Positions 12,601 to 27,800 of a stretch of 64,000 nucleotides of DNA are shown here, piece after piece. The notes under the pieces are model-generated. The model ran no database searches. It saw only the letters and a list, made by a program, of their open reading frames with translations, and had not been told where the DNA came from. The stretch comes from the human T2T-CHM13v2.0 reference genome, Homo sapiens. A program made the translations under genes and the position numbers. Location of the stretch: NCBI RefSeq assembly GCF_009914755.1, contig NC_060948.1; one strand, given 5' to 3'. How positions within the stretch are numbered: the stretch's first letter is position 1; every line of letters begins with the position of its first letter.

Positions 12601-15600
12601 AATGGAATGGAATCGAACTGAAGAGACTGGAATGGAATGCAGTGGAATGGAAGGGAGTGTAATGGAAGGTTCTCGAAAAAAATGGAATCGAATGGAATGG
12701 AATTGAATGGAACGGAATAGAGTCGAATGGAATTGAATGGAATGGAATGGACTAGAGTGAAATGGAATCGAACCACAAGGAATGGACAGGAATAGAATGG
12801 TCTCGAATTGAATGGAATCGTATGGAATGGCATCAAACGGAATGGAATGGACAGCCACGGAATGGAATGCACTCGAATGCAATGGAGTCGAAACTAATGG
12901 ACTGGAATAGAATGGACTCGACTGGTACGGACTCCAATGGAATGGAATCGAATGGAAGGGATTCGAACGGAATGGACTCGAAGGGAAAAGACTGCAATGG
13001 AAAGGTCTCGAATGGAATGGAAATTAATGGAATGGAATGGAATCGAATGAAATGGAGTCAAAAGGAATGGAATCGAATGGCAAGTAATCGAATGTAATGG
13101 AATCGCAAGGGATTGATGTGAACGGAACGGAATGGAATGGAATCCAAAGGAATGGAATAGAATGGAATGGAATCGAATGGAAAGGACTCGAATGGAAATC
13201 ACTCGAATAGAATGCAATTTAATAAAATAGGATCAAATGTAATGGAATGGAATGGAAAGGAATCGAAACGAAAGGAATGGAGACAGATGGAATGGAATGG
13301 AACAGAGAGCAATGGTATAGAATGGAATGGAATCATCTGGAATGGAATTGAATGGAATGGAATAATATGAAATGGAATGGAATGGAATGGAATGCCCTTG
13401 AATTAAATGGACTGGAATGGAATGGACTCGAACAGAGTGGAATGGAAAGTGTTGAGATAGAATGGAATGGACTCCTTTGGAATGGTGTAGTATGCAATGC
13501 AATCGACTGGCAGGGAATCAAAAGGAATGTAATCGAATGGATTGGACTGGAATGCAATGGACTCGAATAGATTGGAAACGGAATGCAAAGGAATGGAATG
13601 GAATAGTATGGAATGGAATGGAAAGGAATGGAGTGGAATAGACTAGAGTGGAATGGAATGGACTCGAAAGCAATGGACTGGAATGGAACATTCCTGAATG
13701 AACTGGAATCAAACGGAATGGAATGCAATGCAATCAAATGGCATGGAATAAAATAGAATGAAAGAGAATCAAATGGAATTGAATCGAATGGAATCGAATG
13801 CATTGGAAAGGAATAGAATGGAATGGAATGGAATTGACTCAAATGGAATGGACTAGAAAGGAATGGATTCGAATGGAAGGCAAAGGAATGGAATCTATTG
13901 GAATGGACTGCAATGGAATGGAATGGAAGGGATTGGAATGGACTCGAATGGAATAGACTGCAATAGAAAGGATTCGAATGGAATGAAAAAGAATTGAATG
14001 GAATAGAACAGAATGGAATCAAATCGAATGAAATGGAATGGAATAGAAAGGAATGGAATGAAATGGAATAGAAAGGATTCGAATGGAATGCAATCGAATG
14101 GAATGGAATCGAACGGAATGGAATAAAATGGAAGAAAACTGGCAAGAAATGGAATCGAAATGAATGGAGTGTTATGGAACGGACTCAAAAGGAATTGAAT
14201 GTAATAGAATGGAGTGGAGTGGACTCGAATATAATGGACTGGAATGGAATGAAATCACATGGAATGGGAACGAATGGAATGGAATGGAAAGGAATGGAAT
14301 CGAAGGGAAAGGAATCGAATGGAAGGGAATGAAATTGAATCAACAGGAATGGAAGGGAATAGAATAGACGGTAATGGAATGGACTCGAATAGAATGGACA
14401 CGAATGCTCAAATTGAATGGACTCGAACGGAATGGAAACGAAAGGAATGTCATCGAATGGAATTGAATCGATTGGAATAAAATCGCATAGAATAGAGTGG
14501 AATCAAATGGAATTGAATCGAAAGGAAAGGAAGCGAATGGACTGAAATGAAATGGAATGGAATTGAATGGAAAGTAATACAATGGAATAGAATGGAACGA
14601 AATTTCACGGAATGGAATCAAACTGAATGGAATCAAAACAATGGAATATAATCAAATGGAATGGAAAGGAATTGAATGGAGTAGATGGGATTGGATGGGA
14701 TTGGAATGAAATGTACTGGAAAGGACTCGAAGTTCATGAAACGGAATGGAATGAATTGGAACGGAATGGACTCGAATGGAATGGAATGTCTTGGAATGGC
14801 ATCAAATGGAATGGCATCAAATGGAATGGAATCGAATGCAATGGAATGCTATGGAATGGAATGGAATGCATTGGAATGGAATGTCCTCTAATGGAATGGA
14901 TTCGAGTGAAATGGAATCGAATATAATGGAGTCGAATGAAATGGAATTGAAAGGAATGGGATCGAATACAATGCAATATACTGGAATGTAATGTAATGAA
15001 CTCTAATGTAATTGAATGGAATGGAATGTACATGAATGGAATGTAATCGAATGGAAAGTAATCCAATGGAATAGAATCTAATGCAATAAAAACGACTCAG
15101 ATAGAGTAGAATGTAATGGAATGGAGTGCAGTGCAATGGAATGGAATGGAATGGAATGGAATGCAATGGAATGGAATGGAATGGAATGGAATGGAACGGA
15201 ATGGAATGGAATGGGATGGAATGGTATAGAATGGGTAGTAATGGACTGGAGTGAAATGGACTGGAAAGGAATGGACTCAAATTGAAAGGGCTCGAAAGGA
15301 ATGGAGTCAAATGGAATGGTCTGGAATGGAATGAACACGAATGTAATGCAATCCAATAGAATGGAATCGAATGGCATGGAATATAAAGAAATGGAATCGA
15401 AGAGAATGGAAACAAACGGAATGGAATTGAATGGAATGGAATTGAATGGAATGGGAACGAATGGAGTGAAATTGTATGCAGTAGAAGAGAATAGAATGGA
15501 ATGCAAGCGAAAGGAAAGGAATGGATTGGAATGGAATGGAATTCATTGGAATGGAAGGGAATGTAGTGTAATGGACAGGCCTGGAATAAAGTGGAATGCT

Positions 15601-15899
15601 ACGGTCTCGAATGGAATAAAAATGTATGGAATGGAATGCAATGAAACGGAATCGAATGTCATAGAATGTAATGGAATGCAAAAAAATGGACTCCAAAATC
15701 ATTGACTGGAAAGGCTGGGTGTCGAAAGGAATTGACTCCAATGGAATGGAATCGAATGGAATGGAAGTGAATAGAATCGAACTAAATCGAATGGAATGGA
15801 ATTGATAGGAACGGAATGGAAAGGAATGAAATGATTTGGCATGGAATGGAATCGAATGGCATCGAATGGAATGGAATGGAATGCAATGCAATGGAATGT

Positions 15900-18800
15900 A
15901 TTAGAATGTAATGAACTTTAATGGAATGTACTCGAATGGATTCGACTGGAATGGAATGTTCTGGAAGTGAATGGACTCCAATGGAATGGATTGAAAAGGA
16001 ATGGAATCGTACGGAATGGAATCTAATGGAATGGAATTAAATGGAAATGAATCAAATTGAATAGCACGGAATTGAATTGAATGGAATCGAATGCAATGGA
16101 ATCTAATGAAACGGAAAGGAAAGGAATGGAATGGAATGGAATGGGCTGGAATGGAAAGGAATCGAAACGAATGGAATGGAATCGAACTGAAGAGACTGGA
16201 ATGGAATGCACTTCAATGGAAGGGAGTGTAATGGAAGGTTCTCGAAAAAAATGGAAACGAATGGAATGGAATTGAATGGAACGGAATAGAGTCGAATGGA
16301 ATTGAATGGAATGGAATGGACTAGAGTGAAATGGAATCGAACCACAAGGAATGGACAGGAATAGAATGGTCTCGAATTGAATGGAATCGTATGGAATGGC
16401 ATCAAACGGAATGGAATGGACAGCCACGGAATGGAATGCACTCGAATGCAATGGAGTCGAAACTAATGGACTGGAATAGAATGGACTCGACTGGTACGGA
16501 CTCCAATGGAATGGAATCGAATGGAAGGGAATCGAACGGAATGGACTCGAAGGGAAAAGACTGCAATGGAAAGGTCTCGAATGGAATGGAAATTAATGGA
16601 ATGGAATGGAATCGAATGAAATGGAGTCAAAAGGAATGGAATCGAATGGCAAGAAATCGAATGTAATGGAATCGCAAGGAATGGATGTGAACGGAACGGA
16701 ATGGAATGGAATCCAAAGGAATGGAATAGAATGGAATGGAATCGAATGGAAAGGACTCGAATGGAAATCACTCGAATAGAATGCAATTGAATAAAATAGG
16801 ATCAAATGTAAAGGAATGGAATGGAAAGGAATCGAAACGAAAGGAATGGAGACAGATGGAATGGAATGGAACAGAGAGCAATGGTATAGAATGGAATGGA
16901 ATCATCTGGAATGGAATTGAATGGAATGGAATAATATGAAATGGAATGGAATGGAATGGAATGCCCTTGAATTAAATGGACTGGAATGGAATGGACTCGA
17001 ACAGAGTGGAATGGAAAGTGTTGAGATAGAATGGAATGGACTCCTTTGGAATGGTCTAGTATGCAATGCAATGGACTGGCAGGGAATCAAAAGGAATGTA
17101 ATCGAATGGATTGGACTGGAATGCAATGGACTCGAATAGATTGGAAACGGAATGCAAAGGAATGGAATGGAATAGTATGGAATGGAATGGAAAGGAATGG
17201 AGTGGAATAGACTAGAGTGGAATGGAATGGACTCGAAAGCAATGGACTGGAATGGAACTTTCTTGAATGGACTGGAATCAAACGGAATGGAATGCAATGC
17301 AATCAAATGGCATGGAATAAAATAGAATGAAAGAGAATCAAATGGAATTGAATCGAATGGAATCGAATGGATTGGAAAGGAATAGAATGGAATGGAATGG
17401 AATTGACTGAAATGGAATGGACTAGAATGGAATGGATTCGAATGGAAGGCAAAGGAATGGAATCTATTGGAATGGACTGCAATGGAATGGAATGGAAGGG
17501 ATTGGAATGGACTCGAATGGAATAGACTGCAATAGAAAGGATTCGAATGGAATGAAAAAGAATTGAATGGAATAGAACAGAATGGAATCAAATCGAATGA
17601 AATGGAATGGAATAGAAAGGAATGGAATGAAATGGAATGGAAAGGATTCGAATGGAATGCAATCGAATGGAATGGAATCGAACGGAATGGAATAAAATGG
17701 AAGCAAACTGGCAAGAAATGGAATCGAAATGAATGGAGTGTTATGGAACGGACTCCAAAGGAATTGAATGTAATAGAATGGAGTGGAGTGGACTCGAATA
17801 TAATGGACTGCAATGGAATGAAATCACATGGAATGGGAACGAATGGAATGGAATGGAAAGGAATGGAATCGAATGGAAAGGAATCGAATGGAAGGGAATG
17901 AAATTGAATCAACAGGAATGGAAGGGAATAGAATAGACGGTAATGGAATGGACTCGAATAGAATGGACACGAATGCTCAAATTGAATGGACTCGAATGGA
18001 ATGGAAACGAAAGGAATGTCATCGAATGGAATTGAATCGATTGGAATAAAATCGCATAGAATAGAGTGGAATCAAATGGAATTGAATCGAAAGGAAAGGA
18101 AGCGAATGGACTGAAATGAAATGGAATGGAATTGAATGGAAAGTATAGCAATGGAATAGAATGGAACAAAATTTCACGGAATGGAATCAAACTGAATGGA
18201 ATCAAATCAATGGAATATAATCAAATGGAATGGAAAGGAATTGAATGGAGTAGATGGGATTGGATGGGATTGGAATGAAATGTACTGGAAAGGACTCGAA
18301 TTTCATGAAACGGAATGGAATGAATTGGAACGGAATGGACTCGAATGGAATGGAATGTCATGGAATGGCATCAAATGGAATGGCATCAAATGGAATGGAA
18401 TCGAATGCAATGGAATGCTATGGAATGGAATGGAATGCATTGGAATGGAATGTCCTCTAATGGAATGGATTCGAGTGGAATGGAATCGAATATAATGGAG
18501 TCGAATGAAATGGAATTGAAAGGAATGGGATCGAATACAATGGAATATACTGGAATGTAATGTAATGAACTCGAATGTAATTGACTGGAATGGAATGTAC
18601 ATGAATGGAATGTAATCGAATGGAAAGTAATCCAATGGAATAGAATCTAAAGCAATAAAATCGACTCAGATAGAGTAGAATGTAATGGAATGGAGTGCAG
18701 TGCAATGGAATGGAATGGAATGGAATGGAATGGAATGGAATGGGATGGAATGGTATGGAATGGATAGTAATGGACTGGAGTGAAATGGACTGGAAAGGAA

Positions 18801-21800
18801 TGGACTCAAATTGAAAGGGCTCGAAAGGAATGGAGTCAAATGGAATGGTCTGGAATGGAATGAACACGAATGTAATGCAATCCAATAGAATGGAATCGAA
18901 TGGCATGGAATATAAAGAAATGGAATCGAAGAGAATGGAATCAAACGGAATGGAATTGAATGGAATGGAATTGAATGGAATGGGAACGAATGGAGTGAAA
19001 TTGTATGCAGTAGAAGAGAATAGAATGGAATGCAAGCGAAAGGAAAGGAATGGATTGGAATGGAATGGAATTCATTGGAATGGAAGGGAATGTAATGTAA
19101 TGGACAGGCCTGGAATAAAGTGGAATGCTACGGTCTCGAATGGAATAAAAATGTATGGAATGGAATGCAATGAAACGGAATCGAATGTCATAGAATGTAA
19201 TGGAATGCAAAAAAATGGACTCCAAAATCATTGACTGGAAAGGCTGGGTGTCGAAAGGAATTGACTCCAATGGAATGGAATCGAATGGAATGGAAGTGAA
19301 TAGAATCGAACTAAATCGAATGGAATGGAATTGATAGGAACGGAATGGAAAGGAATGAAATGATTTGGCATGGAATGGAATCCAATGGCATCGAATGGAA
19401 TGGAATGGAATGCAATGCAATGGAATGTATTAGAATGTAATGAACTTTAATGGAATGTACTCGAATGGATTCGACTGGAATGGAATGTTCTGGAAGTGAA
19501 TGGACTCCAATGGAATGGATTGAAAAGGAATGGAATCGTACGGAATGGAATCTAATGGAATGGAATTAAATGGAAATGAATCAAATTGAATAGCACGGAA
19601 TTGAATTGAATGGAATCGAATGCAATGGAATCTAATGAAACGGAAAGTAAAGGAATGGAATGGAATGGAATGGGCTGGAATGGAAAGGAATCGAAACGAA
19701 TGGAATGGAATCGAACTGAGGAGACTGGAATGGAATGCACTTCAACGGAAGGGAGTGTAATGGAAGGTTCTCGAAAAAAATGGAAACGAATGGAATGGAA
19801 TTGAATGGAACGGAATAGAGTCGAATGGAATTGAATGGAATGGAATGGACTAGAGTGAAATGGAATCGAACCACAAGGAATGGACAGGAATAGAATGGTC
19901 TCGAATTGAATGGAATCGTATGGAATGGCATCAAACGGAATGGAATGGACAGCCACGGAATGGAATGCACTCGAATGCAATGGAGTCGAAACTAATGGAC
20001 TGGAATAGAATGGACTCGACTGGTACGGACTCCAATGGAATGGAATCGAATGGAAGGGAATCGAACGGAATGGACTCGAAGGGAAAAGACTGCAATGGAA
20101 AGGTCTCGAATGGAATGGAAATTAATGGAATGGAATGGAATCGAATGAAATGGAGTCAAAAGGAATGGAATTGAATGGCAAGAAATCGAATGTAATGGAA
20201 TCACAAGGAATTGATGTGAACGGAACGGAATGTAATGGAATCCAAAGGAATGGAATAGAATGGAATGGAATCGAATGGAAAGGACTCGAATGGAAATCAC
20301 TCGAATAGAATGCAATTTAATAAAATAGGATGAAATGTAATGGAATGGAATGGAAAGGAATCGAAACGAAAGGAATGGAGACAGATGGAATGGAATGGAA
20401 CAGAGAGCAATGGTATAGAATGGAATGGAATCATCTGGAATGGAATTGAATGGAATGGAATAATATGAAATGGAATGGAATGGAATGGAATGCCCTTGAA
20501 TTAAATGGACTGGAATGGAATGGACTCGAACAGAGTGGAATGGAAAGTGTTGAGATAGAATGGAATGGACTCCTTTGGAATGGTCTAGTATGCAATGCAA
20601 TGGACTGGCAGGGAATCAAAAGGAATGTAATCGAATGGATTGGACTGGAATGCAATGGACTCGAATAGATTGGAAACGGAATGCAAAGGAATGGAATGGA
20701 ATAGTATGGAATGGAATGGAAAGGAATGGAGTGGAATAGACTAGAGTGGAATGGAATGGACTCGAAAGCAATGGACTGGAATGGAACTTTCTTGAATGGA
20801 CTGGAATCAAACGGAATGGAATGCAATGCAATCAAATGGCATGGAATAAAATAGAATGAAAGAGAATCAAATGGAATTGAATCGAATGGAATCGAATGGA
20901 TTGGAAAGGAATAGAATGGAATGGAATGGAATTGACTCAAATGGAATGGACTAGAATGGAATGGATTCGAATGGAAGGCAAAGGAATGGAATCTATGGGA
21001 ATGGACAGCAATGGAATGGAAAGGAAGGGATTGGAATGGACTCGAATGGAATGGACTGCAATAGAAAGGATTCGAATGGAATGAAAAAGAATTGAATGGA
21101 ATAGAACAGAATGGAATCAAATCGAATGAAATGGAATGGAATAGAAAGGAATGGAATGAAATGGAATGGAAAGGATTCGAATGGAATGCAATCAAATGGA
21201 ATGGAATCGAACGGAATGGAATAAAATGGAAGAAAACTGGCAAGAAATGGAATCGAAATGAATGGAGTGTTATGGAACGGACTCAAAAGGAATTGAATGT
21301 AATAGAATGGAGTGGAGTGGACTCGAATATAATGGACTGGAATGGAATGAAATCACATGGAATGGGAACGAATGGAATGGAATGGAAAGGAATGGAATCG
21401 AATGGAAAGGAATCGAATGGAACGGAATGAAATTGAATCAACAGGAATGGAAAGGAATAGAATAGACGGTAATGGAATGGACTTGAATAGAATGGACACG
21501 AATGCTCAAATTGAATGGACTCGAATGGAATGGAAACGAAAGGAATGTCATCGAATGGAATTGAATTGATTGGAATGAAATCGCATAGAATGGAGTGGAA
21601 TCAAATGGAATTGAATCGAAAGGAAAGGAAGCGAATGGACTGAAATGAAATGGAATGGAATTGAATGGAAAGTAAAGCAATGGAATAGAATGGAACGAAA
21701 TTTCACGGAATGGAATCAAACTGAATGGAATCAAATCAATGGAATATAATCAAATGGAATGGAAAGTAATTGAATGGAGTAGATGGGATTGGATGGGATT

Positions 21801-24800
21801 GGAATGAAATGTACTGGAAAGGACTCGAATTTCATGAAACGGAATGGAATGAATTGGAACGGAATGGACTCGAAAGGAATGGAATGTCATGGAATGTCAT
21901 CAAATGGAATGGCATCAAATGGAATGGAATCGAATGCAATGGAATGCTATGGAATGGAATGTAATGCATTGGAATGGAATGTCCTCTAATGGAATGGATT
22001 CGAGTGGAATGGAATCGAATATAATGGAGTCGAATGAAATGGAATTGAAAGGAATGGGATCGAATACAATGGAATATACTGGAATGTAACGTAATGAACT
22101 CGAATGTAATTGACTGGAATGGAATGTACATGAATGGAATGTAATCGAATGGAAAGTAATCCAAGGGAATAGAATCTAATGCAATAAAATCGACTCAGAT
22201 AGAGTAGAATGTAATGGAATGGAGTGCAGTGCAATGGAATGGAATGGAATGGAATGCAATGGAATGGAATGGAATGGGATGGAATGGTATGGAATGGAAT
22301 GGAATGGAATGGAATGGGATGGAATGGTATGGAATGGATAGTAATGGACTGGAATGAAATGGACTGGAAAGGAATGGACTCAAATTGAAAGGGCTCGAAA
22401 GGAATGGAGTCAAATGGAATGGTCTGGAATGGAATGAACACGAATGTAATGCAATCCAATAGAATGGAATCGAATGGCATGGAATATAAAGAAATGGAAT
22501 CGAAGAGAATGGAAACAAACGGAATGGAATTGAATGGAATGGAATTGAATGGAATGGGAACGAATGGAGTGAAATTGTATGCAGTAGAAGAGAATAGAAT
22601 GGAATGCAAGCGAAAGGAAAAGAATGGATTGGAATGGAATGGAATTCATTGGAATGGAAGGGAATGTAGTGTAATGGACAGGCCTGGAATAAAGTGGAAT
22701 GCTACGGTCTCGAATGGAATAAAAATGTATGGAATGGAATGCAATGAAACGGAATCGAATGTCATAGAATGTAATGGAATGCAAAAAAATGGACTCCAAA
22801 ATCATTGACTGGAAAGGCTGGGTGTCGAAAGGAATTGACTCCAATGGAATGGAATCGAATGGAATGGAAGTGAATAGAATCGAACTAAATCGAATGGAAT
22901 GGAATTGATAGGAACGGAATGGAAAGGAATGAAATGATTTGGCATGGAATGGAATCCAATGGCATCGAATGGAATGGAATGGAATGCAATGCAATGGAAT
23001 GTATTAGAATGTAATGAACTTTAATGGAATGTACTCGAATGGATTCGACTGGAATGGAATGTTCTGGAAGTGAATGGACTCCAATGGAATGGATTGAAAA
23101 GGAATGGAATCGTACGGAATGGAATCTAATGGAATGGAATTAAATGGAAATGAATCAAATTGAATAGCACGGAATTGAATTGAATGGAATCGAATGCAAT
23201 GGAATCTAATGAAACGGAAAGGAAAGGAATGGAATGGAATGGAATGGGCTGGAATGGAAAGGAATCGAAACGAATGGAATGGAATCGAACTGAAGAGACT
23301 GGAATGGAATGCACTGGAATGGAAGGGAGTGTAATGGAAGGTTCTCGAAAAAAATGGAAACGAATGGAATGGAATTGAATGGAACGGAATAGAGTCGAAT
23401 GGAATTGAATGGAATGGAATGGACTAGAGTGAAATGGAATCGAACCACAAGGAATGGACAGGAATAGAATGGTCTCGAATTGAATGGAATCGTATGGAAT
23501 GGCATCAAACGGAATGGAATGGACAGCCACGGAATGGAATGCACTCGAATGCAATGGAGTCGAAACTAATGGACTGGAATAGAATGGACTCGACTGGTAC
23601 GGACTCCAATGGAATGGAATCGAATGGAAGGGAATCGAACGGAATGGACTCGAAGGGAAAAGACTGCAATGGAAAGGTCTCGAATGGAATGGAAATTAAT
23701 GGAATGGAATGGAATCGAATGAAATGGAGTCAAAAGGAATGGAATCGAATGGCAAGAAATCGAATGTAATGGAATCGCAAGGAATGGATGTGAACGGAAC
23801 GGAATGGAATGGAATCCAAAGGAATGGAATAGAATGGAATGGAATCGAATGGAAAGGACTCGAATGGAAATCACTCGAATAGAATGCAATTGAATAAAAT
23901 AGGATCAAATGTAAAGGAATGGAATGGAAAGGAATCGAAACGAAAGGAATGGAGACAGATGGAATGGAATGGAACAGAGAGCAATGGTATAGAATGGAAT
24001 GGAATCATCTGGAATGGAATTGAATGGAATGGAATAATATGAAATGGAATGGAATGGAATGGAATGCCCTTGAATTAAATGGACTGGAATGGAATGGACT
24101 CGAACAGAGTGGAATGGAAAGTGTTGAGATAGAATGGAATGGACTCCTTTGGAATGGTCTAGTATGCAATGCAATGGACTGGCAGGGAATCAAAAGGAAT
24201 GTAATCGAATGGATTGGACTGGAATGCAATGGACTCGAATAGATTGGAAACGGAATGCAAAGGAATGGAATGGAATAGTATGGAATGGAATGGAAAGGAA
24301 TGGAGTGGAATAGACTAGAGTGGAATGGAATGGACTCGAAAGCAATGGACTGGAATGGAACTTTCTTGAATGGACTGGAATCAAACGGAATGGAATGCAA
24401 TGCAATCAAATGGCATGGAATAAAATAGAATGAAAGAGAATCAAATGGAATTGAATCGAATGGAATCGAATGGATTGGAAAGGAATAGAATGGAATGGAA
24501 TGGAATTGACTCAAATGGAATGGACTAGAATGGAATGGATTCGAATGGAAGGCAAAGGAATGGAATCTATTGGAATGGACTGCAATGGAATGGAATGGAA
24601 GGGATTGGAATGGACTCGAATGGAATAGACTGCAATAGAAAGGATTCGAATGGAATGAAAAAGAATTGAATGGAATAGAACAGAATGGAATCAAATCGAA
24701 TGAAATGGAATGGAATAGAAAGGAATGGAATGAAATGGAATAGAAAGGATTCGAATGGAATGCAATCGAATGGAATGGAATCGAACGGAATGGAATAAAA

Positions 24801-27800
24801 TGGAAGCAAACTGGCAAGAAATGGAATCGAAATGAATGGAGTGTTATGGAACGGACTCAAAAGGAATTGAATGTAATAGAATGGAGTGGAGTGGACTCGA
24901 ATATAATGGACTGCAATGGAATGAAATCACATGGAATGGGAACGAATGGAATGGAATGGAAAGGAATGGAATCGAATGGAAAGGAATCGAATGGAAGGGA
25001 ATGAAATTGAATCAACAGGAATGGAAGGGAATAGAATAGACGGTAATGGAATGGACTCGAATAGAATGGACACGAATGCTCAAATTGAATGGACTCGAAT
25101 GGAATGGAAACGAAAGGAATGTCATCGAATGGAATTGAATCGATTGGAATAAAATCGCATAGAATAGAGTGGAATCAAATGGAATTGAATCGAAAGGAAA
25201 GGAAGCGAATGGACTGAAATGAAATGGAATGGAATTGAATGGAAAGTATAGCAATGGAATAGAATGGAACAAAATTTCACGGAATGGAATCAAACTGAAT
25301 GGAATCAAATCAATGGAATATAATCAAATGGAATGGAAAGGAATTGAATGGAGTAGATTGGATTGGATGGGATTGGAATGAAATGTACTGGAAAGGACTC
25401 GAATTTCATGAAACGGAATGGAATGAATTGGAACGGAATGGACTCGAATGGAATGGAATGTCATGGAATGGCATCAAATGGAATGGCATCAAATGGAATG
25501 GAATCGAATGCAATGGAATGCTATGGAATGGAATGGAATGCATTGGAATGGAATGTCCTCTAATGGAATGGATTCGAGTGGAATGGAATCGAATATAATG
25601 GAGTCGAATGAAATGGAATTGAAAGGAATGGGATCGAATACAATGGAATATACTGGAATGTAATGTAATGAACTCGAATGTAATTGACTGGAATGGAATG
25701 TACATGAATGGAATGTAATCGAATGGAAAGTAATCCAATGGAATAGAATCTAAAGCAATAAAATCGACTCAGATAGAGTAGAATGTAATGGAATGGAGTG
25801 CAGTGCAATGGAATGGAATGGAATGGAATGGAATGGAATGGAATGGGATGGAATGGTATGGAATGGATAGTAATGGACTGGAGTGAAATGGACTGGAAAG
25901 GAATGGACTCAAATTGAAAGGGCTCGAAAGGAATGGAGTCAAATGGAATGGTCTGGAATGGAATGAACACGAATGTAATGCAATCCAATAGAATGGAATC
26001 GAATGGCATGGAATATAAAGAAATGGAATCGAAGAGAATGGAATCAAACGGAATGGAATTGAATGGAATGGAATTGAATGGAATGGGAACGAATGGAGTG
26101 AAATTGTATGCAGTAGAAGAGAATAGAATGGAATGCAAGCGAAAGGAAAGGAATGGATTGGAATGGAATGGAATTCATTGGAATGGAAGGGAATGTAATG
26201 TAATGGACAGGCCTGGAATAAAGTGGAATGCTACGGTCTCGAATGGAATAAAAATGTATGGAATGGAATGCAATGAAACGGAATCGAATGTCATAGAATG
26301 TAATGGAATGCAAAAAAATGGACTCCAAAATCATTGACTGGAAAGGCTGGGTGTCGAAAGGAATTGACTCCAATGGAATGGAATCGAATGGAATGGAAGT
26401 GAATAGAATCGAACTAAATCGAATGGAATGGAATTGATAGGAACGGAATGGAAAGGAATGAAATGATTTGGCATGGAATGGAATCCAATGGCATCGAATG
26501 GAATGGAATGGAATGCAATGCAATGGAATGTATTAGAATGTAATGAACTTTAATGGAATGTACTCGAATGGATTCGACTGGAATGGAATGTTCTGGAAGT
26601 GAATGGACTCCAATGGAATGGATTGAAAAGGAATGGAATCGTACGGAATGGAATCTAATGGAATGGAATTAAATGGAAATGAATCAAATTGAATAGCACG
26701 GAATTGAATTGAATGGAATCGAATGCAATGGAATCTAATGAAACGGAAAGTAAAGGAATGGAATGGAATGGAATGGGCTGGAATGGAAAGGAATCGAAAC
26801 GAATGGAATGGAATCGAACTGAGGAGACTGGAATGGAATGCACTTCAACGGAAGGGAGTGTAATGGAAGGTTCTCGAAAAAAATGGAAACGAATGGAATG
26901 GAATTGAATGGAACGGAATAGAGTCGAATGGAATTGAATGGAATGGAATGGACTAGAGTGAAATGGAATCGAACCACAAGGAATGGACAGGAATAGAATG
27001 GTCTCGAATTGAATGGAATCGTATGGAATGGCATCAAACGGAATGGAATGGACAGCCACGGAATGGAATGCACTCGAATGCAATGGAGTCGAAACTAATG
27101 GACTGGAATAGAATGGACTCGACTGGTACGGACTCCAATGGAATGGAATCGAATGGAAGGGAATCGAACGGAATGGACTCGAAGGGAAAAGACTGCAATG
27201 GAAAGGTCTCGAATGGAATGGAAATTAATGGAATGGAATGGAATCGAATGAAATGGAGTCAAAAGGAATGGAATTGAATGGCAAGAAATCGAATGTAATG
27301 GAATCACAAGGAATTGATGTGAACGGAACGGAATGGAATGGAATCCAAAGGAATGGAATAGAATGGAATGGAATCGAATGGAAAGGACTCGAATGGAAAT
27401 CACTCGAATAGAATGCAATTTAATAAAATAGGATGAAATGTAATGGAATGGAATGGAAAGGAATCGAAACGAAAGGAATGGAGACAGATGGAATGGAATG
27501 GAACAGAGAGCAATGGTATAGAATGGAATGGAATCATCTGGAATGGAATTGAATGGAATGGAATAATATGAAATGGAATGGAATGGAATGGAATGCCCTT
27601 GAATTAAATGGACTGGAATGGAATGGACTCGAACAGAGTGGAATGGAAAGTGTTGAGATAGAATGGAATGGACTCCTTTGGAATGGTCTAGTATGCAATG
27701 CAATGGACTGGCAGGGAATCAAAAGGAATGTAATCGAATGGATTGGACTGGAATGCAATGGACTCGAATAGATTGGAAACGGAATGCAAAGGAATGGAAT

